64,000 nt of DNA from an uncultured virus (IMG/VR IMGVR_UViG_3300010998_001248) (taxonomy: Duplodnaviria; Heunggongvirae; Uroviricota; Caudoviricetes). The notes under the pieces were generated by a model. It was not told where the DNA came from, did no database searches, and saw only the letters and a program-made list of their open reading frames with translations. This document shows, piece after piece, positions 28,638 through 39,530 of this stretch. The translations under genes and the position numbers were made by a program. Location: IMG/VR virus record IMGVR_UViG_3300010998_001248; one strand, given 5' to 3'. Position 1 is the first letter of the stretch. Every line of letters starts with the position of its first letter.

Positions 28638-29045
28638 TCACTTCCAGTTTTCTTTTAACCTAAAACCACCTCTAAAAAATACGTTCCCACGATTCAAACG
28701 CATTATCATTGATGTTTTAAACTGCTCTAAAATCGTTAAAACCTTATAATTACCAACACACACGCCAGTATGCCCTTCACCATTTATTACAAACAATACA
28801 ACATCTCCATACTGTAAATCTTCATATTTAACTTTATTAAAGTGTTTGTAAAGCCAACGTGCTATTCTATATGGCTCTTTCACGAACCAATCTTTATCAA
28901 TCTTTCTACCATCACGCCATTCAAGCATAATGCCGTGCTGGTAAAAGAAAAGCTGGCATAAACCTATACAATCAGCACCATCAAAATCAGTACCTAAAAA
29001 CTTGTATGGTATGCCAACAAATTTTTCTAAATTTTGTTCTACCAT
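28638..29045 (-). CDS. NlpC/P60 tail-associated protein
   Basis: GIPY..G....GADC.GL...GDVVLF...HTGV. Confidence 0.85.
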   Translation of the reverse strand: MVEQNLEKFVGIPYKFLGTDFDGADCIGLCQLFFYQHGIMLEWRDGRKIDKDWFVKEPYRIARWLYKHFNKVKYEDLQYGDVVLFVINGEGHTGVCVGNYKVLTILEQFKTSMIMRLNRGNVFFRGGFRLKENWK

Positions 29046-29099
29046 TTTAACCCCTAATGTTTTATAATGTTTATATCAACCCTTAAAGGAGGAATTATA

Positions 29100-29591
29100 A
29101 TGAAAACCTTATTTTTTACTTTTGCTTTAACATTAGCAATGTTCAACATTTGCTTTGCGGAAATAAACCAATATACAAACGAATTTGATAACTCTATTGT
29201 TACATACAGTTACTTTGATAGAGGGAATAATGAAAACTCACCAATAGAAATAGTTTTAAGAAAAACTGTTTATAGCAATAAAACAGAATATATGATGTTT
29301 CTCTCTAAACGATATGCACCATCAAGGAGATACTTGGCATTAGAGAACATTAAATTTAAAATAAACAATAATACAGATGATATATTAGATATTGATACAA
29401 GAATCTCTCAAAGTGCTGTAGGTCACACATATTCTTTAAACATCACTCCATATATACAAAGCATCCAAAATGCAGAATCAATAAAAATTCAAATTCCTTC
29501 ATACACAAAAGAAAAACCACAAATTAGATATACATACTACGAAGTAGATAAAAATATTTTACAAGAATGGAAAACTGTAATATCAAAATAA
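29100..29591 (+). CDS. Secreted moron-type protein, opposite strand within the tail operon
   Basis: AAGGAGG RBS before ATG at 29100; signal peptide MKTLFFTFALTLAMFNICFA. Confidence 0.75.
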   Translation: MKTLFFTFALTLAMFNICFAEINQYTNEFDNSIVTYSYFDRGNNENSPIEIVLRKTVYSNKTEYMMFLSKRYAPSRRYLALENIKFKINNNTDDILDIDTRISQSAVGHTYSLNITPYIQSIQNAESIKIQIPSYTKEKPQIRYTYYEVDKNILQEWKTVISK

Positions 29592-29616
29592 AAAGCGGCA
29601 TTATAGCCGCTTTTTT
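29590..29616. terminator. Bidirectional intrinsic terminator
   Basis: AAAAAGCGGC-ATTATA-GCCGCTTTTT between convergent genes. Confidence 0.8.
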
Positions 29617-32600
29617 ATTGCCTATTCAATGCTTTGTTTTTAGCTAATACGCCAATTAATATTTCAGCATTTTCATTAAGGTACTCTGCAAAACTCTTAC
29701 TATCCATAGCAAAAATCTGAATATTAGAAGGCATCTGATTTTTCTCATCAAGTGCTTTCATAGCTACAGCACCTAAGATTTCATTACTCCTACGATCTGC
29801 AATGCTGTTGACTTCTTCGCCAACCTGTAATGTTCTCAATACTTCATCATTTCTGAGTTTAGGAACAACACCAAGCTGACCACGCTGTACATCACCGCCA
29901 GAATGCATCTTAGGAAATGCGTTAATATTACCGCCCATGTGTTTCACAGGGCTTCTTGGGAACTGGACTACACTACTACCGATAGAAGTACTTACTGTTT
30001 TACCTCCACCGCCACCAAATAATCCGAAAGCTTGCATTACTAATCCAAGTATGCTTGCTTGATGCTGTACTTTCAATAAAGAAAGAATTGCGTCTTTAGC
30101 TAATTCCTGCCATAACTTTTTCCATATATCTTTCCAGCTATTTCCTTCAAACAATAACTGAGTAGTTACATCAGCTAATCCTTCACGAATACCAACAGTA
30201 CTATCAAGTTTAGCTTGACGAACATTAGCCATTGTCTGCTTGGCTTCTAATTCCCACTGTTGTAACTTTGTCTTTTCATTATATAAATCCTGTTCGCTCC
30301 ACTTTTTAGTATCATCACTCAAAATCTTTCTCTGAGCATTAACTCTTGCCATCTGAGCAACATACAAATCAGACAAATACTGAATCTTATCAATATTATT
30401 CTGATAATCAGACATTGGACTATTATACCCACTACGTTCTGCAACAGCGGTTTCATATCTATTCTTTAAGTCAGTAGAAATGCGGTTATATACATCATCA
30501 GGCTTCATTGAGAGTTTCGTTTTGTTTAATGATTTATTTACATCCTCAATTTTACCTTCAGTATCTTCAATCTTGCTATTAACCTCAGAGATCATCTTAG
30601 AAATTTCAGTAAAAGATTTCATTTCCTGGAAAGTTTCCTTGTTGACTTCCATAATACGGAGTTTTTGCTCTGAAGTTAAATCGGTAACATATCCTAACTC
30701 TTTAGCTAATTCAGGATTGCCTTCCATCTTAGCGTCAAGAGCTTCTTCCAGTTCTTTCCTGAAAGATTCTAACTGACCTTGATATTCAGTGAGTTCTTTT
30801 AAACGTTTGTTATGAAGCTCTAACCGATTACCTGAAATCTCTGCTGTAATACCATTGATTTCTTCAGCATTGCTTAATTTCTTTAATTCGTTTGAATATT
30901 TCTGAGCGGCGATTTTGCCATCATACCATAATTCATTACGTGTTTTCTGATACTTCAAGCGTTCTGCTTTAGCAGCATAATTATCACCAGAACCACCACT
31001 ACCGCCAGAGCCTTTACCACCCTTTGAACCAGGTTCACCAACTTCTCTTGAAGGTATTCCTGCGTTTAAAGCATTAGAGCCACCAACAGAAGAACCTTTT
31101 GGAACATTCCCCTGTAATCGTGACATCTGACCTTTTAAGCTTTCAAGCTTTTTCAAGTTATTGGTAAAGTCTTTTCTTGCTTCTTCTGTTGCTCTTTTTA
31201 ATCCTTCAGCAGCTTGCTTATCACGTTCATTACGTTTTTCTATCTGACCAGCAATAAAGTCAGAACCGAAAAATCCTGCTTGTCTGATATTATCAGCAGA
31301 AGCTTGTCTTGCCTGGATTAAAAGCTCAATTGCTTCAATCTCTTTCTGATAGCTCTGTATGCGATCTAATGTACCTGAAATAACAGCTTCAGTCTGAGAT
31401 ATTTCAAACTGAGTTGTAGCTATAGCATTTGCATTTGCAGTAGCTAATTTGTTCTTTAATACTTCTATCTCACTTTCTACAGCCTGTTTCGTGAATCCTG
31501 CATTTTCAAGTCTTGCTCTGCTTTCTTCATCAAGTAAAGGTAAAAGACTGTTTATTGCTTCTTTCACATTTTCATTAGCTTTAACTAAATCCTCTTCTTG
31601 AGCTGTAGAATCAGCAGCAATAGTATTGTACTCCTCTTGCGCTTTTTTGAGATTTTCTAAAGCTTCTCTTTTATCATTGAAAACTCTTGCATTGCCTAAT
31701 GCTTCTTCTAATCTCTGACCATTCGCATTATTTAAGAATCCGTCATAAATAGCCATAGCTGCCTGTATAACTGTAACAACCAAACCAACAATGCCTAATG
31801 CTCTGTTCAATAAAGCGAATGATAACGATAATTTATCAACAGCACCAGAAGTTGCATAAATTACATTAATCGAATTACGCAAACTATTACTAATAGCTGA
31901 AATCTTTAACGGAATAAGACTTAAAGCCATTGTAACAGCTTTTAATCCAACTCTCATTAATACCAGGTTCTTTATCGTTACAGCAATGCTTGTTATCTTT
32001 GTAGGGTCTATTTTCTGCATAGCCTGTACAAAGCTTCTTATCATGCCAATTAACTCTCTGATACCTTCTGAAGCACCTGTTTCACTAATTACCTGAATTA
32101 ATCCCTGTAAATCAGCTTTTAATGCAACAATCTGTTTATCAAGAGTTTCATATTGTAATTTTACCTGTTCGTCAGCCCAACCAGCAGAATTTTTACTAAG
32201 ATTAAGGTTTTTCTGAAATTCATCATAAGCAGTTAAAAATGCCAATACATTGTTGTACTGGAACTTACCGCCAGACATAGCTAAAACAGTATCACGAATA
32301 TCTTTATTAGAGTCTTTAAGCTTCTGCATTAATTCAACAATAACATCTTCCATATTGCGTAAATGCTTTACTCCGTTATTGTCTACAGTTTCTAATGCAA
32401 TACCTAAAGCTGCAAATTCCTTACGTGCTTTAGCTGTATTCATACTAACCAACATAGAACGTATAGAACGCCCTACTTCAGCACCACTCTTACCTGTCCT
32501 TGTTGCCATTGTAGCAATGATACCTTGCAGGAAATCAAAGCTAAGTCCTGCTTGATGTGCTGCTCCTGCACTCTGCTCATTTGCTGTAGCTAAGTCAGCA

Positions 32601-33643
32601 GCAGTAACAACAGCAGTATCAGCTAAATGCGCCCATTTATCAACGATTTCACCGGAAACCTGTTGCGCTTCATTGGCATCTTTCAGCTTAATTCCGTACT
32701 GCTGCATTGTAGCTTCAAGAGATTTATTAACCTCAGTCAAGCTCATATTATCAGTAATAGATAATTTAGTACTGTTTCTTACTAATTCCTGTACAATACC
32801 AACATCTTTATACTGTCTGCCCCACAACCTTCCTGCTTCAGTAACTTTCTCAACCTCAGTACCATAATCAGCAGCTACTTTGATAAACTCTCTCATAGCT
32901 TCATTCATGGCTCTTTGGTTATTAGAAAAGCTATCAGGCATTACCTGAGCAAAGTTGACTTTTGCCTGTTCTAACTGAGATAAAGAATTAACCAGCTCAC
33001 CAGGAGCAGTAAAAGCTACATCCATCAATCTTTCTGCTGACATCATTGTAAACTTGGAACGTATTTTAGCTCTAAAATAGTCAATCTTACTATTCAGATC
33101 ATAAAAACCTCTACTCCACTGAATACCGATATTTTTTCGGAAATCGGCTGATTCTTTATTAAGCTCTTTGTACTGGTTTTTTATCTTTTCAAGTTCTAAT
33201 CTTAATTTTGTTTTATCAACATTTTTAAGATGGTTTATCTGATAATTTAATTGAGCAGCTTTATTCTCTAAATCAGTTAATGCAGCTTGATAATTCCTAA
33301 ATTCTTTTTCTATACTACTGCTTTTCTTACTCTCCTGCATCTGTTTAGAAGCTACTTGTATTTTCCTCATTTCTTCAGCTATAGATGATAAATTGCCTTT
33401 AGGCAAGCTATTAACATTGGAAGAAATTTTGTTAATATTTATATTCAGACCTTGAATTAGACTATTTAATTCTATAATCTCATTCTTAACAGTATTAAAG
33501 ACAGGCTTAGAAGCAGTATCTCTTGTTTTTTCAAGCTCTTTGGAAAACTCTTGCCAATTATCTTTTAATTTAGAAAGACTGGCTCTATCGGCTTCAAACT
33601 TTACGCTAATTTTGGCAACATTATCTATTGTGTTTTCTGCCAT
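29615..33643 (-). CDS. Tape measure protein
   Basis: 1342 aa, helical, TP901-type core (ATRTGKSGAEVGRSIRSM); follows the tail chaperone. Confidence 0.92.
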   Translation of the reverse strand: MAENTIDNVAKISVKFEADRASLSKLKDNWQEFSKELEKTRDTASKPVFNTVKNEIIELNSLIQGLNININKISSNVNSLPKGNLSSIAEEMRKIQVASKQMQESKKSSSIEKEFRNYQAALTDLENKAAQLNYQINHLKNVDKTKLRLELEKIKNQYKELNKESADFRKNIGIQWSRGFYDLNSKIDYFRAKIRSKFTMMSAERLMDVAFTAPGELVNSLSQLEQAKVNFAQVMPDSFSNNQRAMNEAMREFIKVAADYGTEVEKVTEAGRLWGRQYKDVGIVQELVRNSTKLSITDNMSLTEVNKSLEATMQQYGIKLKDANEAQQVSGEIVDKWAHLADTAVVTAADLATANEQSAGAAHQAGLSFDFLQGIIATMATRTGKSGAEVGRSIRSMLVSMNTAKARKEFAALGIALETVDNNGVKHLRNMEDVIVELMQKLKDSNKDIRDTVLAMSGGKFQYNNVLAFLTAYDEFQKNLNLSKNSAGWADEQVKLQYETLDKQIVALKADLQGLIQVISETGASEGIRELIGMIRSFVQAMQKIDPTKITSIAVTIKNLVLMRVGLKAVTMALSLIPLKISAISNSLRNSINVIYATSGAVDKLSLSFALLNRALGIVGLVVTVIQAAMAIYDGFLNNANGQRLEEALGNARVFNDKREALENLKKAQEEYNTIAADSTAQEEDLVKANENVKEAINSLLPLLDEESRARLENAGFTKQAVESEIEVLKNKLATANANAIATTQFEISQTEAVISGTLDRIQSYQKEIEAIELLIQARQASADNIRQAGFFGSDFIAGQIEKRNERDKQAAEGLKRATEEARKDFTNNLKKLESLKGQMSRLQGNVPKGSSVGGSNALNAGIPSREVGEPGSKGGKGSGGSGGSGDNYAAKAERLKYQKTRNELWYDGKIAAQKYSNELKKLSNAEEINGITAEISGNRLELHNKRLKELTEYQGQLESFRKELEEALDAKMEGNPELAKELGYVTDLTSEQKLRIMEVNKETFQEMKSFTEISKMISEVNSKIEDTEGKIEDVNKSLNKTKLSMKPDDVYNRISTDLKNRYETAVAERSGYNSPMSDYQNNIDKIQYLSDLYVAQMARVNAQRKILSDDTKKWSEQDLYNEKTKLQQWELEAKQTMANVRQAKLDSTVGIREGLADVTTQLLFEGNSWKDIWKKLWQELAKDAILSLLKVQHQASILGLVMQAFGLFGGGGGKTVSTSIGSSVVQFPRSPVKHMGGNINAFPKMHSGGDVQRGQLGVVPKLRNDEVLRTLQVGEEVNSIADRRSNEILGAVAMKALDEKNQMPSNIQIFAMDSKSFAEYLNENAEILIGVLAKNKALNRQ

Positions 33644-33647
33644 ATAC

Positions 33648-34228
33648 TCACCTACCTGTCACTTCACCTTGTTTTGCTAAATATTGGATTGCATCAGCAC
33701 CTACCATAGTTTCTGATTTATTTCCTTTATTTATTTCTTTTTCAAGCTCTTCACTATTCTTTTTACAACCTTCAAGGATATATTCTAACTGAGGGATTGT
33801 GAGTTCCATTACATCATTCATTGTCATAGATGTATTTTGAATGACAGAAGCGTAAAGCTGACTCCAATCTGTTACTCCGTCATCTCCGTCTGATTGTTTT
33901 TTTTTAGGCTGGATATATCATAAAAAATCTCAAAGACTTTACGTGCTAAACCAAAGTCTAAGAAATCCTCAATTTCATCTTTAGTGTATTTCCCATCAAA
34001 AGCAAGTTCCAGAACTTCTATCATAGAATCCCATGCTTCTGTGTTCTGTTTCCCTTCAGCATCAAAACTGAAAAGATTTCCAATAATATATGTATCATTA
34101 AATTTAGTAGTTAAATCTCTCAACTTATCCTTATACTTCAACTTTGCAGGATAAACCCTACGTTCAATACCATCTCGACAAACAATATCTGTATATGAAG
34201 TAAACGGATCAGGCTTAATAGTTGTCAT
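33648..34228 (-). CDS. Tail assembly chaperone G (33872..34228) with -1 frameshift extension GT ending at 33648
   Basis: CTA AAA AAA AAC slippery site (A9 at 33897-33905); the -1 frame stays open as KQSDGDDGVTDWSQLY...ELTIPQLEY...VTGR* up to the TMP start. Confidence 0.85.
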
Positions 34229-34291
34229 TTAAAATCCTCTTTTCCAAACAATAAAAAATAGGAGAGCCAAAAGCTCTCCCAAAAATTTCAA

Positions 34292-35053
34292 TTAGTCAAC
34301 GTAACGTAAAGAATAAGAAACAAACTTCTTATCTGCACGTCCAGGATCTACAGACTTGAAAGACAGCTCAGGAGCAACCGCTTCACCACGGCTGTAATCC
34401 AAAGACAGACCGCCTTCGCAACGTGCCTTATATACAATAGTAGTCAAAACAGCTTTGCGACCATCCGGTAACTCTGTCGGAAAACTTTCATGCCGTAACT
34501 GTACATAACCAGGTACAGATGTACTCAGAACATCAACTGTAGTACCATCTGTTACATTAAATACATAATCAACTACAACAGTACCAGTAACATCATTGCT
34601 AAACTCTAAAACACCGCCATTAGTAACAGTGAAAGATTTTGTAGCACCAGCAACGGAATCAACATTTTTCAAGCCTTCGCCATTATGCATAACCATAACA
34701 CTGTCAACATCAACACCAGAAGTAGCGGCTAACTGAGCAGAACCTTCACTGATTGTCAGCTCTTCATGCCCTAATGCAATACCTCCAGCATTTTCAGGTA
34801 CACCCTGAGAAGCAGCTACAACACCTAAATCAAAGCAAGCGTTTGTAAACTTAAAGTTTGCACCTTTTTCTTTGATAAAGTTAAAAATCGGAAACAGACT
34901 GTCACCACCAAATACATCTTCAATGGTGGAAGTAATTTCAATAGTCATGTTCTGTAAAGAACCTAACTTAGCCTGTACTTTGCCATCAGCACCAAGCAAG
35001 TAGGCTGTACCAATGCCATACAAAACTAAATTCTTAGAATCAATTTTTGCCAT
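34292..35053 (-). CDS. Major tail tube protein
   Basis: Position before chaperone and TMP; 253 aa; terminator-like hairpin downstream. Confidence 0.75.
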   Translation of the reverse strand: MAKIDSKNLVLYGIGTAYLLGADGKVQAKLGSLQNMTIEITSTIEDVFGGDSLFPIFNFIKEKGANFKFTNACFDLGVVAASQGVPENAGGIALGHEELTISEGSAQLAATSGVDVDSVMVMHNGEGLKNVDSVAGATKSFTVTNGGVLEFSNDVTGTVVVDYVFNVTDGTTVDVLSTSVPGYVQLRHESFPTELPDGRKAVLTTIVYKARCEGGLSLDYSRGEAVAPELSFKSVDPGRADKKFVSYSLRYVD

Positions 35054-35066
35054 TTAAACACCTTCC

Positions 35067-35486
35067 TTATCTACCATCAACTAAAGGATTGTAAATCAAA
35101 CGATATTTATATATACCATTTACACCTGAGAAATGCTGACCTTCATAATTCAGAAGGACTTCTCTGTTCTGAGAATATAGCTGTCTAAATCGTTTAGCAA
35201 TTAGTCCAGCTTCATACATTGTGTGAGTATAAATATCTATATACAAATCGCCAACATTTAACATCCAGTTTTTCTTTAGCTTTTCTGAGTGCATAAAATA
35301 AAATGAAATAAATGGAACATCTTCAGGAACAACATTAACATCTGTCTGATATTCCCTTCTTAGTTTGTTGTTGGCAACATCTAAGAGGTTATCAGCTTCT
35401 TTATCAATGCCTAAAAGATTGCACATTTCATCATCATTCAAGCACCATTCAAAAATTTCATTCAGAAGGTCAAAACTGTAAATCAT
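35067..35486 (-). CDS. Tail terminator-like protein
   Basis: Position and size; PFISF...IDIY pattern. Confidence 0.55.
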   Translation of the reverse strand: MIYSFDLLNEIFEWCLNDDEMCNLLGIDKEADNLLDVANNKLRREYQTDVNVVPEDVPFISFYFMHSEKLKKNWMLNVGDLYIDIYTHTMYEAGLIAKRFRQLYSQNREVLLNYEGQHFSGVNGIYKYRLIYNPLVDGR

Positions 35487-36031
35487 AATCTTATGTTGAC
35501 CTCCATTCCTGTAAATAATTTATATAAAGGAACTGTCCTGATAATATAATCAGATACAGTTTCCATTATTTTTTTTAGATTTTGTTTGATTGCTTCACGA
35601 ACAATATGTTCCGGTTTTAATGGAGCATATTTAGAGTTACCCGTTTTTTCCAAATCTCTATTTACATTAGTATGTGAAACATGTGGATTTCCGTCTAAAT
35701 CATAGTAAACACCTTTAGGTCTTGTTCTGATTTCTAAGCCAATACGATTTCTATTGAAAACATCACTTCTCATGTATTCATCTAAAGCAGGATTATCTCT
35801 GTCCATAGATGAACCTCTGCCATACTCAAGAATCAAAGCTCTCTGACCTATTGCATTAAAGACAAGTTCAATCTCTTCTTTAGCAATCTTTTTGACAGTA
35901 TTCACATCAGCCTTGCCTAAAGATGCAGGATAATGACTATATTCTGACTTAATGATTTTAACAATAGTAGGAGCTACTTCATCAATAGCCTTATTTATTG
36001 CTTCATCTACTTCATTAGAAATATCAATCAT
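35483..36031 (-). CDS. Tail completion / neck protein (HK97 gp10-like)
   Basis: ALILEYGRG motif and position. Confidence 0.55.
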   Translation of the reverse strand: MIDISNEVDEAINKAIDEVAPTIVKIIKSEYSHYPASLGKADVNTVKKIAKEEIELVFNAIGQRALILEYGRGSSMDRDNPALDEYMRSDVFNRNRIGLEIRTRPKGVYYDLDGNPHVSHTNVNRDLEKTGNSKYAPLKPEHIVREAIKQNLKKIMETVSDYIIRTVPLYKLFTGMEVNIRL

Positions 36032-36618
36032 AATTTCCTTTTATCTTCCGATAACTGTAAAATCAATACATTTTTAATAGATGCAGAATCAATGCTATCA
36101 ATCTGATAATTCTTATTGTCAATAACAAGCCTGTCTGCAATCTTTACGCAATCTACAAACTGCAAATACACTACTTTTATTGTACTTTCAAGTAAGCTTG
36201 CATCAAAGAATTTAATCCTTCCATTCGTATCTTTCTGAACGCAAGGAATATCAGATTTAATTTCTGTCATCTGCTTTCCGACAATCTGATTTCCAATATA
36301 TTGATTCTCAATACGATAAATACCACACACGCTATCACATTTCCAGAGATTAGCTTGATTGGAGAAATGTGTCAAACGCATAGCCATACATAAGTATGTG
36401 TCATTGTTCGTTTGATCTATAACAATATCTCCTTCTTGCATTGTTGTGTTTTCTTCTAATAACCCTTTATATTTATGTGTATGAGCAAAATCATTATTAG
36501 AGATGCCTTGCCTTGTGTAATGTACCTTTTCGGTAGCACGTAATTCACCATTCAGATCATAAATATCAGAAATATGAGTTTGCGGAACAAAGAATCCTTG
36601 TATGTTCACGTAAATCAC
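36028..36618 (-). CDS. Head closure-like protein
   Basis: Position; DRLVID...YQIDSID C-terminus. Confidence 0.5.
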   Translation of the reverse strand: MIYVNIQGFFVPQTHISDIYDLNGELRATEKVHYTRQGISNNDFAHTHKYKGLLEENTTMQEGDIVIDQTNNDTYLCMAMRLTHFSNQANLWKCDSVCGIYRIENQYIGNQIVGKQMTEIKSDIPCVQKDTNGRIKFFDASLLESTIKVVYLQFVDCVKIADRLVIDNKNYQIDSIDSASIKNVLILQLSEDKRKL

Positions 36619-37199
36619 TCCTTATATTTGTTAAGGATATTTCTCATATCCTCAGTAAAGAAACTTGAATTACCCATCTCTATTGTATAGTCGAGTGTAC
36701 TCAACTTTTTTAATCCGGCAAAAGAAGAAAACTGTCTAATATTTTGCGCTAACATAGCAGTTACAACCTTAATATCTTCAGGAATCTCCTCAAATCCATA
36801 AGTGTATTCAATCTCTAACAACCTGTTCATTCTGTTTCGACAACCACAAAACATGCCTACACCTAATCCCATAAAAGGAGATACAGGAGCAAGATATGTA
36901 AAATAGCCGTCCATTTCAAGGTCTAAATCAATATCGCTCACTTCAGCAGGATATGATGTAGTTCCCATAGGTGTACGGAAAACTTCTTGTGCAGATGTTA
37001 TCTCAATAACCCTACCATGCCGTAATTTACCTCTTGAATTACGATTGATTTTTACATTCTCTTTTGCTGTGTTTACGCTAAAAGACATTTTACAATAGCC
37101 ATCTATCAACTCAGAAGCAATCACAACATCAGCTACAGTAACACCAGGCTGTGCCGTACAATATGTACTGATTTCTTCTTCTGTCAGATATTGGCTCAT
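36615..37199 (-). CDS. Head-tail connector (adaptor) protein
   Basis: YLT.EE...ASELIDGYC...YTYGFEEIPEDIK. Confidence 0.7.
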   Translation of the reverse strand: MSQYLTEEEISTYCTAQPGVTVADVVIASELIDGYCKMSFSVNTAKENVKINRNSRGKLRHGRVIEITSAQEVFRTPMGTTSYPAEVSDIDLDLEMDGYFTYLAPVSPFMGLGVGMFCGCRNRMNRLLEIEYTYGFEEIPEDIKVVTAMLAQNIRQFSSFAGLKKLSTLDYTIEMGNSSFFTEDMRNILNKYKE

Positions 37200-37200
37200 A

Positions 37201-37437
37201 TCAGATAATCCTCATTTCCTCTAAAACAGGCTTAGTAGACTCAGCTACATTAGCAACACCATCTTTAAACACAACAAATTTACCATTACCAAGATAAACT
37301 GTATGTGTACCATGCTGCATAAGCTTGTCTTTAATTTTTACATCAACACGTTTTTCTATTGATTCACCATTCGCTGTAGCAATCATATTACTCAATACTT
37401 CTGTTTTAACTACAGTATCTTTTCTTGTTCTTGCCAT
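37201..37437 (-). CDS. Small head-associated hypothetical protein
   Basis: 78-aa ORF with AGGAG RBS between the capsid and connector genes. Confidence 0.55.
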   Translation of the reverse strand: MARTRKDTVVKTEVLSNMIATANGESIEKRVDVKIKDKLMQHGTHTVYLGNGKFVVFKDGVANVAESTKPVLEEMRII

Positions 37438-37484
37438 ATATTAACTCCTTAAAAAATTAAAGCTGGCATAAAGCCAGCCTTAAA

Positions 37485-38462
37485 TTATGCGTTTGCAACT
37501 GTCTTGGACAGAATTGTATGAGCGTAACCAGCACCTTTAGCTACGATAGTATCATACTGGAGTGCCATGTACTTTTTAGCCAGACCATAATCAGAGTAGC
37601 CAAACTCAAATACACGAACATTCGGAGAACCTACATAGAAACGAACCAGCAGATTTTCAGAAAGAATGGCAATTTTATGAATTGTAGAACCTGTAGTAGT
37701 TGTAGTATCAAGCGGCAGGAACGGATCAGCAATAATCGGCAGAATACCCATGCAAGTCATAATACCCTGTACTTTGATACCAGGAACGGCTTCTACTTCA
37801 TAAATCTTGCGAGTGTTATTATCAGCTGCTTCTTCCTGTTCGATCAAATCCAGTGTCATAGGATTAACTACGATAACAGAAGGTTTAACGTCATAATCTG
37901 TACGTGCAGCCAGACGAGCTACTTCAGAGCGAATCGCTGTAGTAATCTTAACACCAGTCTTAATTGTACCAGTCTGAGTAATCTGATTCAGCAGACCAAC
38001 ATATTCCAGGTTAGTACTTACAGTCAGGTCTGTAGCAGCACCAGTCCACAGTTTAGAATCCTGTAATGTCAGTACATCATTTACCATATCATTCAGATCA
38101 TCAGCTTTTAACTGAGGGAACTGACCCTGCTGCTTATTTACTTCCAGGTCAAAATGACCAAATTTAATAGCAGATGTGATTGCTTTGATAAAAGCAGATT
38201 TTTCAACACGTACCGGACCGCCTTCGGTAGCATTCAGATTGCGAGGGTCTTTAAAAGCAGCGGTAGACTGACGCTGTGTTTTTTCAAAATAACGTGTCGG
38301 CTGTCCAGTAGCTTCTCTTGTCTGAATACGCTGTAACATCAGACCACGTTTATGTGTTAAATCCAGAATCTCTTTTTCAAAAATAGGTACATGAATAAAA
38401 CCATTACCCATTGCATCAGCAACATTAGCGAAACTTACAAATCCACCCATTTTGTTTTCCAT
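37485..38462 (-). CDS. Major capsid protein
   Basis: Follows protease/scaffold; strongly biased codon use; likely start MENKMGG after the GAGGT RBS. Confidence 0.8.
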   Translation of the reverse strand: MENKMGGFVSFANVADAMGNGFIHVPIFEKEILDLTHKRGLMLQRIQTREATGQPTRYFEKTQRQSTAAFKDPRNLNATEGGPVRVEKSAFIKAITSAIKFGHFDLEVNKQQGQFPQLKADDLNDMVNDVLTLQDSKLWTGAATDLTVSTNLEYVGLLNQITQTGTIKTGVKITTAIRSEVARLAARTDYDVKPSVIVVNPMTLDLIEQEEAADNNTRKIYEVEAVPGIKVQGIMTCMGILPIIADPFLPLDTTTTTGSTIHKIAILSENLLVRFYVGSPNVRVFEFGYSDYGLAKKYMALQYDTIVAKGAGYAHTILSKTVANA

Positions 38463-38540
38463 ATTACACATTACCTCTTTTCTGTAACAAATTAAGCAAT
38501 AAAAAAGCACTCCTTAGAGTGCTATCATTTTTTTAACTGA

Positions 38541-39530
38541 TTATTCAGCTTTCATAGATTTATGCCAAATTTCCATTTTCTTCTTCAGCTTGTCGGAAGC
38601 AGACAGGAATTTGTCATTATCAATCTTTTCAATTTCAGCAGCCAGCTTTTCTTTAGCAGACAGTTCATCTTCCTTACCAACAGGATTAGTTTCTGTCTTG
38701 CGTTCAGGCTGTTTTGCACCAGCTTTAACTTCTGTTTCTTTCGGTTTTGCTTCAAACTTGCTTTCAATAGCAGTCAGCTTCTCATTTACAGCAGAGAAAT
38801 CAATCTCTTTTGCTTCAAGTTTCTCTAAACGTTCATTGACAGGCTTCAGAGCTTCTGCAATTACATTAGCAAAGTCTAAAGTTTTAACCAGTTCTTCAAC
38901 CAAAGCTTTCATAGTTTTTTCATCCATAGAATTACCACCTTCCATTTCTTCTTTCTTGCGACTTGCAGCTAATTGAGTGTCTTTAAATGCTGCTAAATTT
39001 TTATATAAAATCGCTACTCCGGTAAACACAAAATCTTTGATATACCAGTAATTCTCATCCTCTTCCATGTCATTAACTTTAACTTCAACAGAAAAGCCAA
39101 GAGAATCTTTAGCGTTTTTAATCATAAAACATACATCTGAAAAATCTTTTTTCCATAAATGACCAGTAATGTTTACGCTATTACCATTTATATTTGCACT
39201 TTCAACAACACCAATCTTGAATCTGTTATCGTGACCAGTCAGAGCTTCATAAGGATAGCTCCAATTGTCATAAACACAATCAACACCCATGCCCTTAAAA
39301 GTATCTAAAGCTTTAGCAATCGCTTCAGGATAAAATATAATCGGCTTATCAGCACCATACGGAATACCATCAGAAGGTGTTCCTATCGGTAAACAATCAC
39401 CGGAAAACGGCATCTTGTTTATATGTTCTTCCTGAATATCCTCAAAACTAAAACTTGAGAATTTCAGTAAAACGTCTTTATTCTGCACTGTCATTATCGC
39501 CTTCACCTCCTTGTGTAGTTTTATCATCAT
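38541..39530 (-). CDS. Prohead protease / scaffold
   Basis: H...IG, LGFSVE, FTGVAIL...AAF protease-like half plus a charged coiled-coil C-terminus. Confidence 0.75.
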   Translation of the reverse strand: MMIKLHKEVKAIMTVQNKDVLLKFSSFSFEDIQEEHINKMPFSGDCLPIGTPSDGIPYGADKPIIFYPEAIAKALDTFKGMGVDCVYDNWSYPYEALTGHDNRFKIGVVESANINGNSVNITGHLWKKDFSDVCFMIKNAKDSLGFSVEVKVNDMEEDENYWYIKDFVFTGVAILYKNLAAFKDTQLAASRKKEEMEGGNSMDEKTMKALVEELVKTLDFANVIAEALKPVNERLEKLEAKEIDFSAVNEKLTAIESKFEAKPKETEVKAGAKQPERKTETNPVGKEDELSAKEKLAAEIEKIDNDKFLSASDKLKKKMEIWHKSMKAE

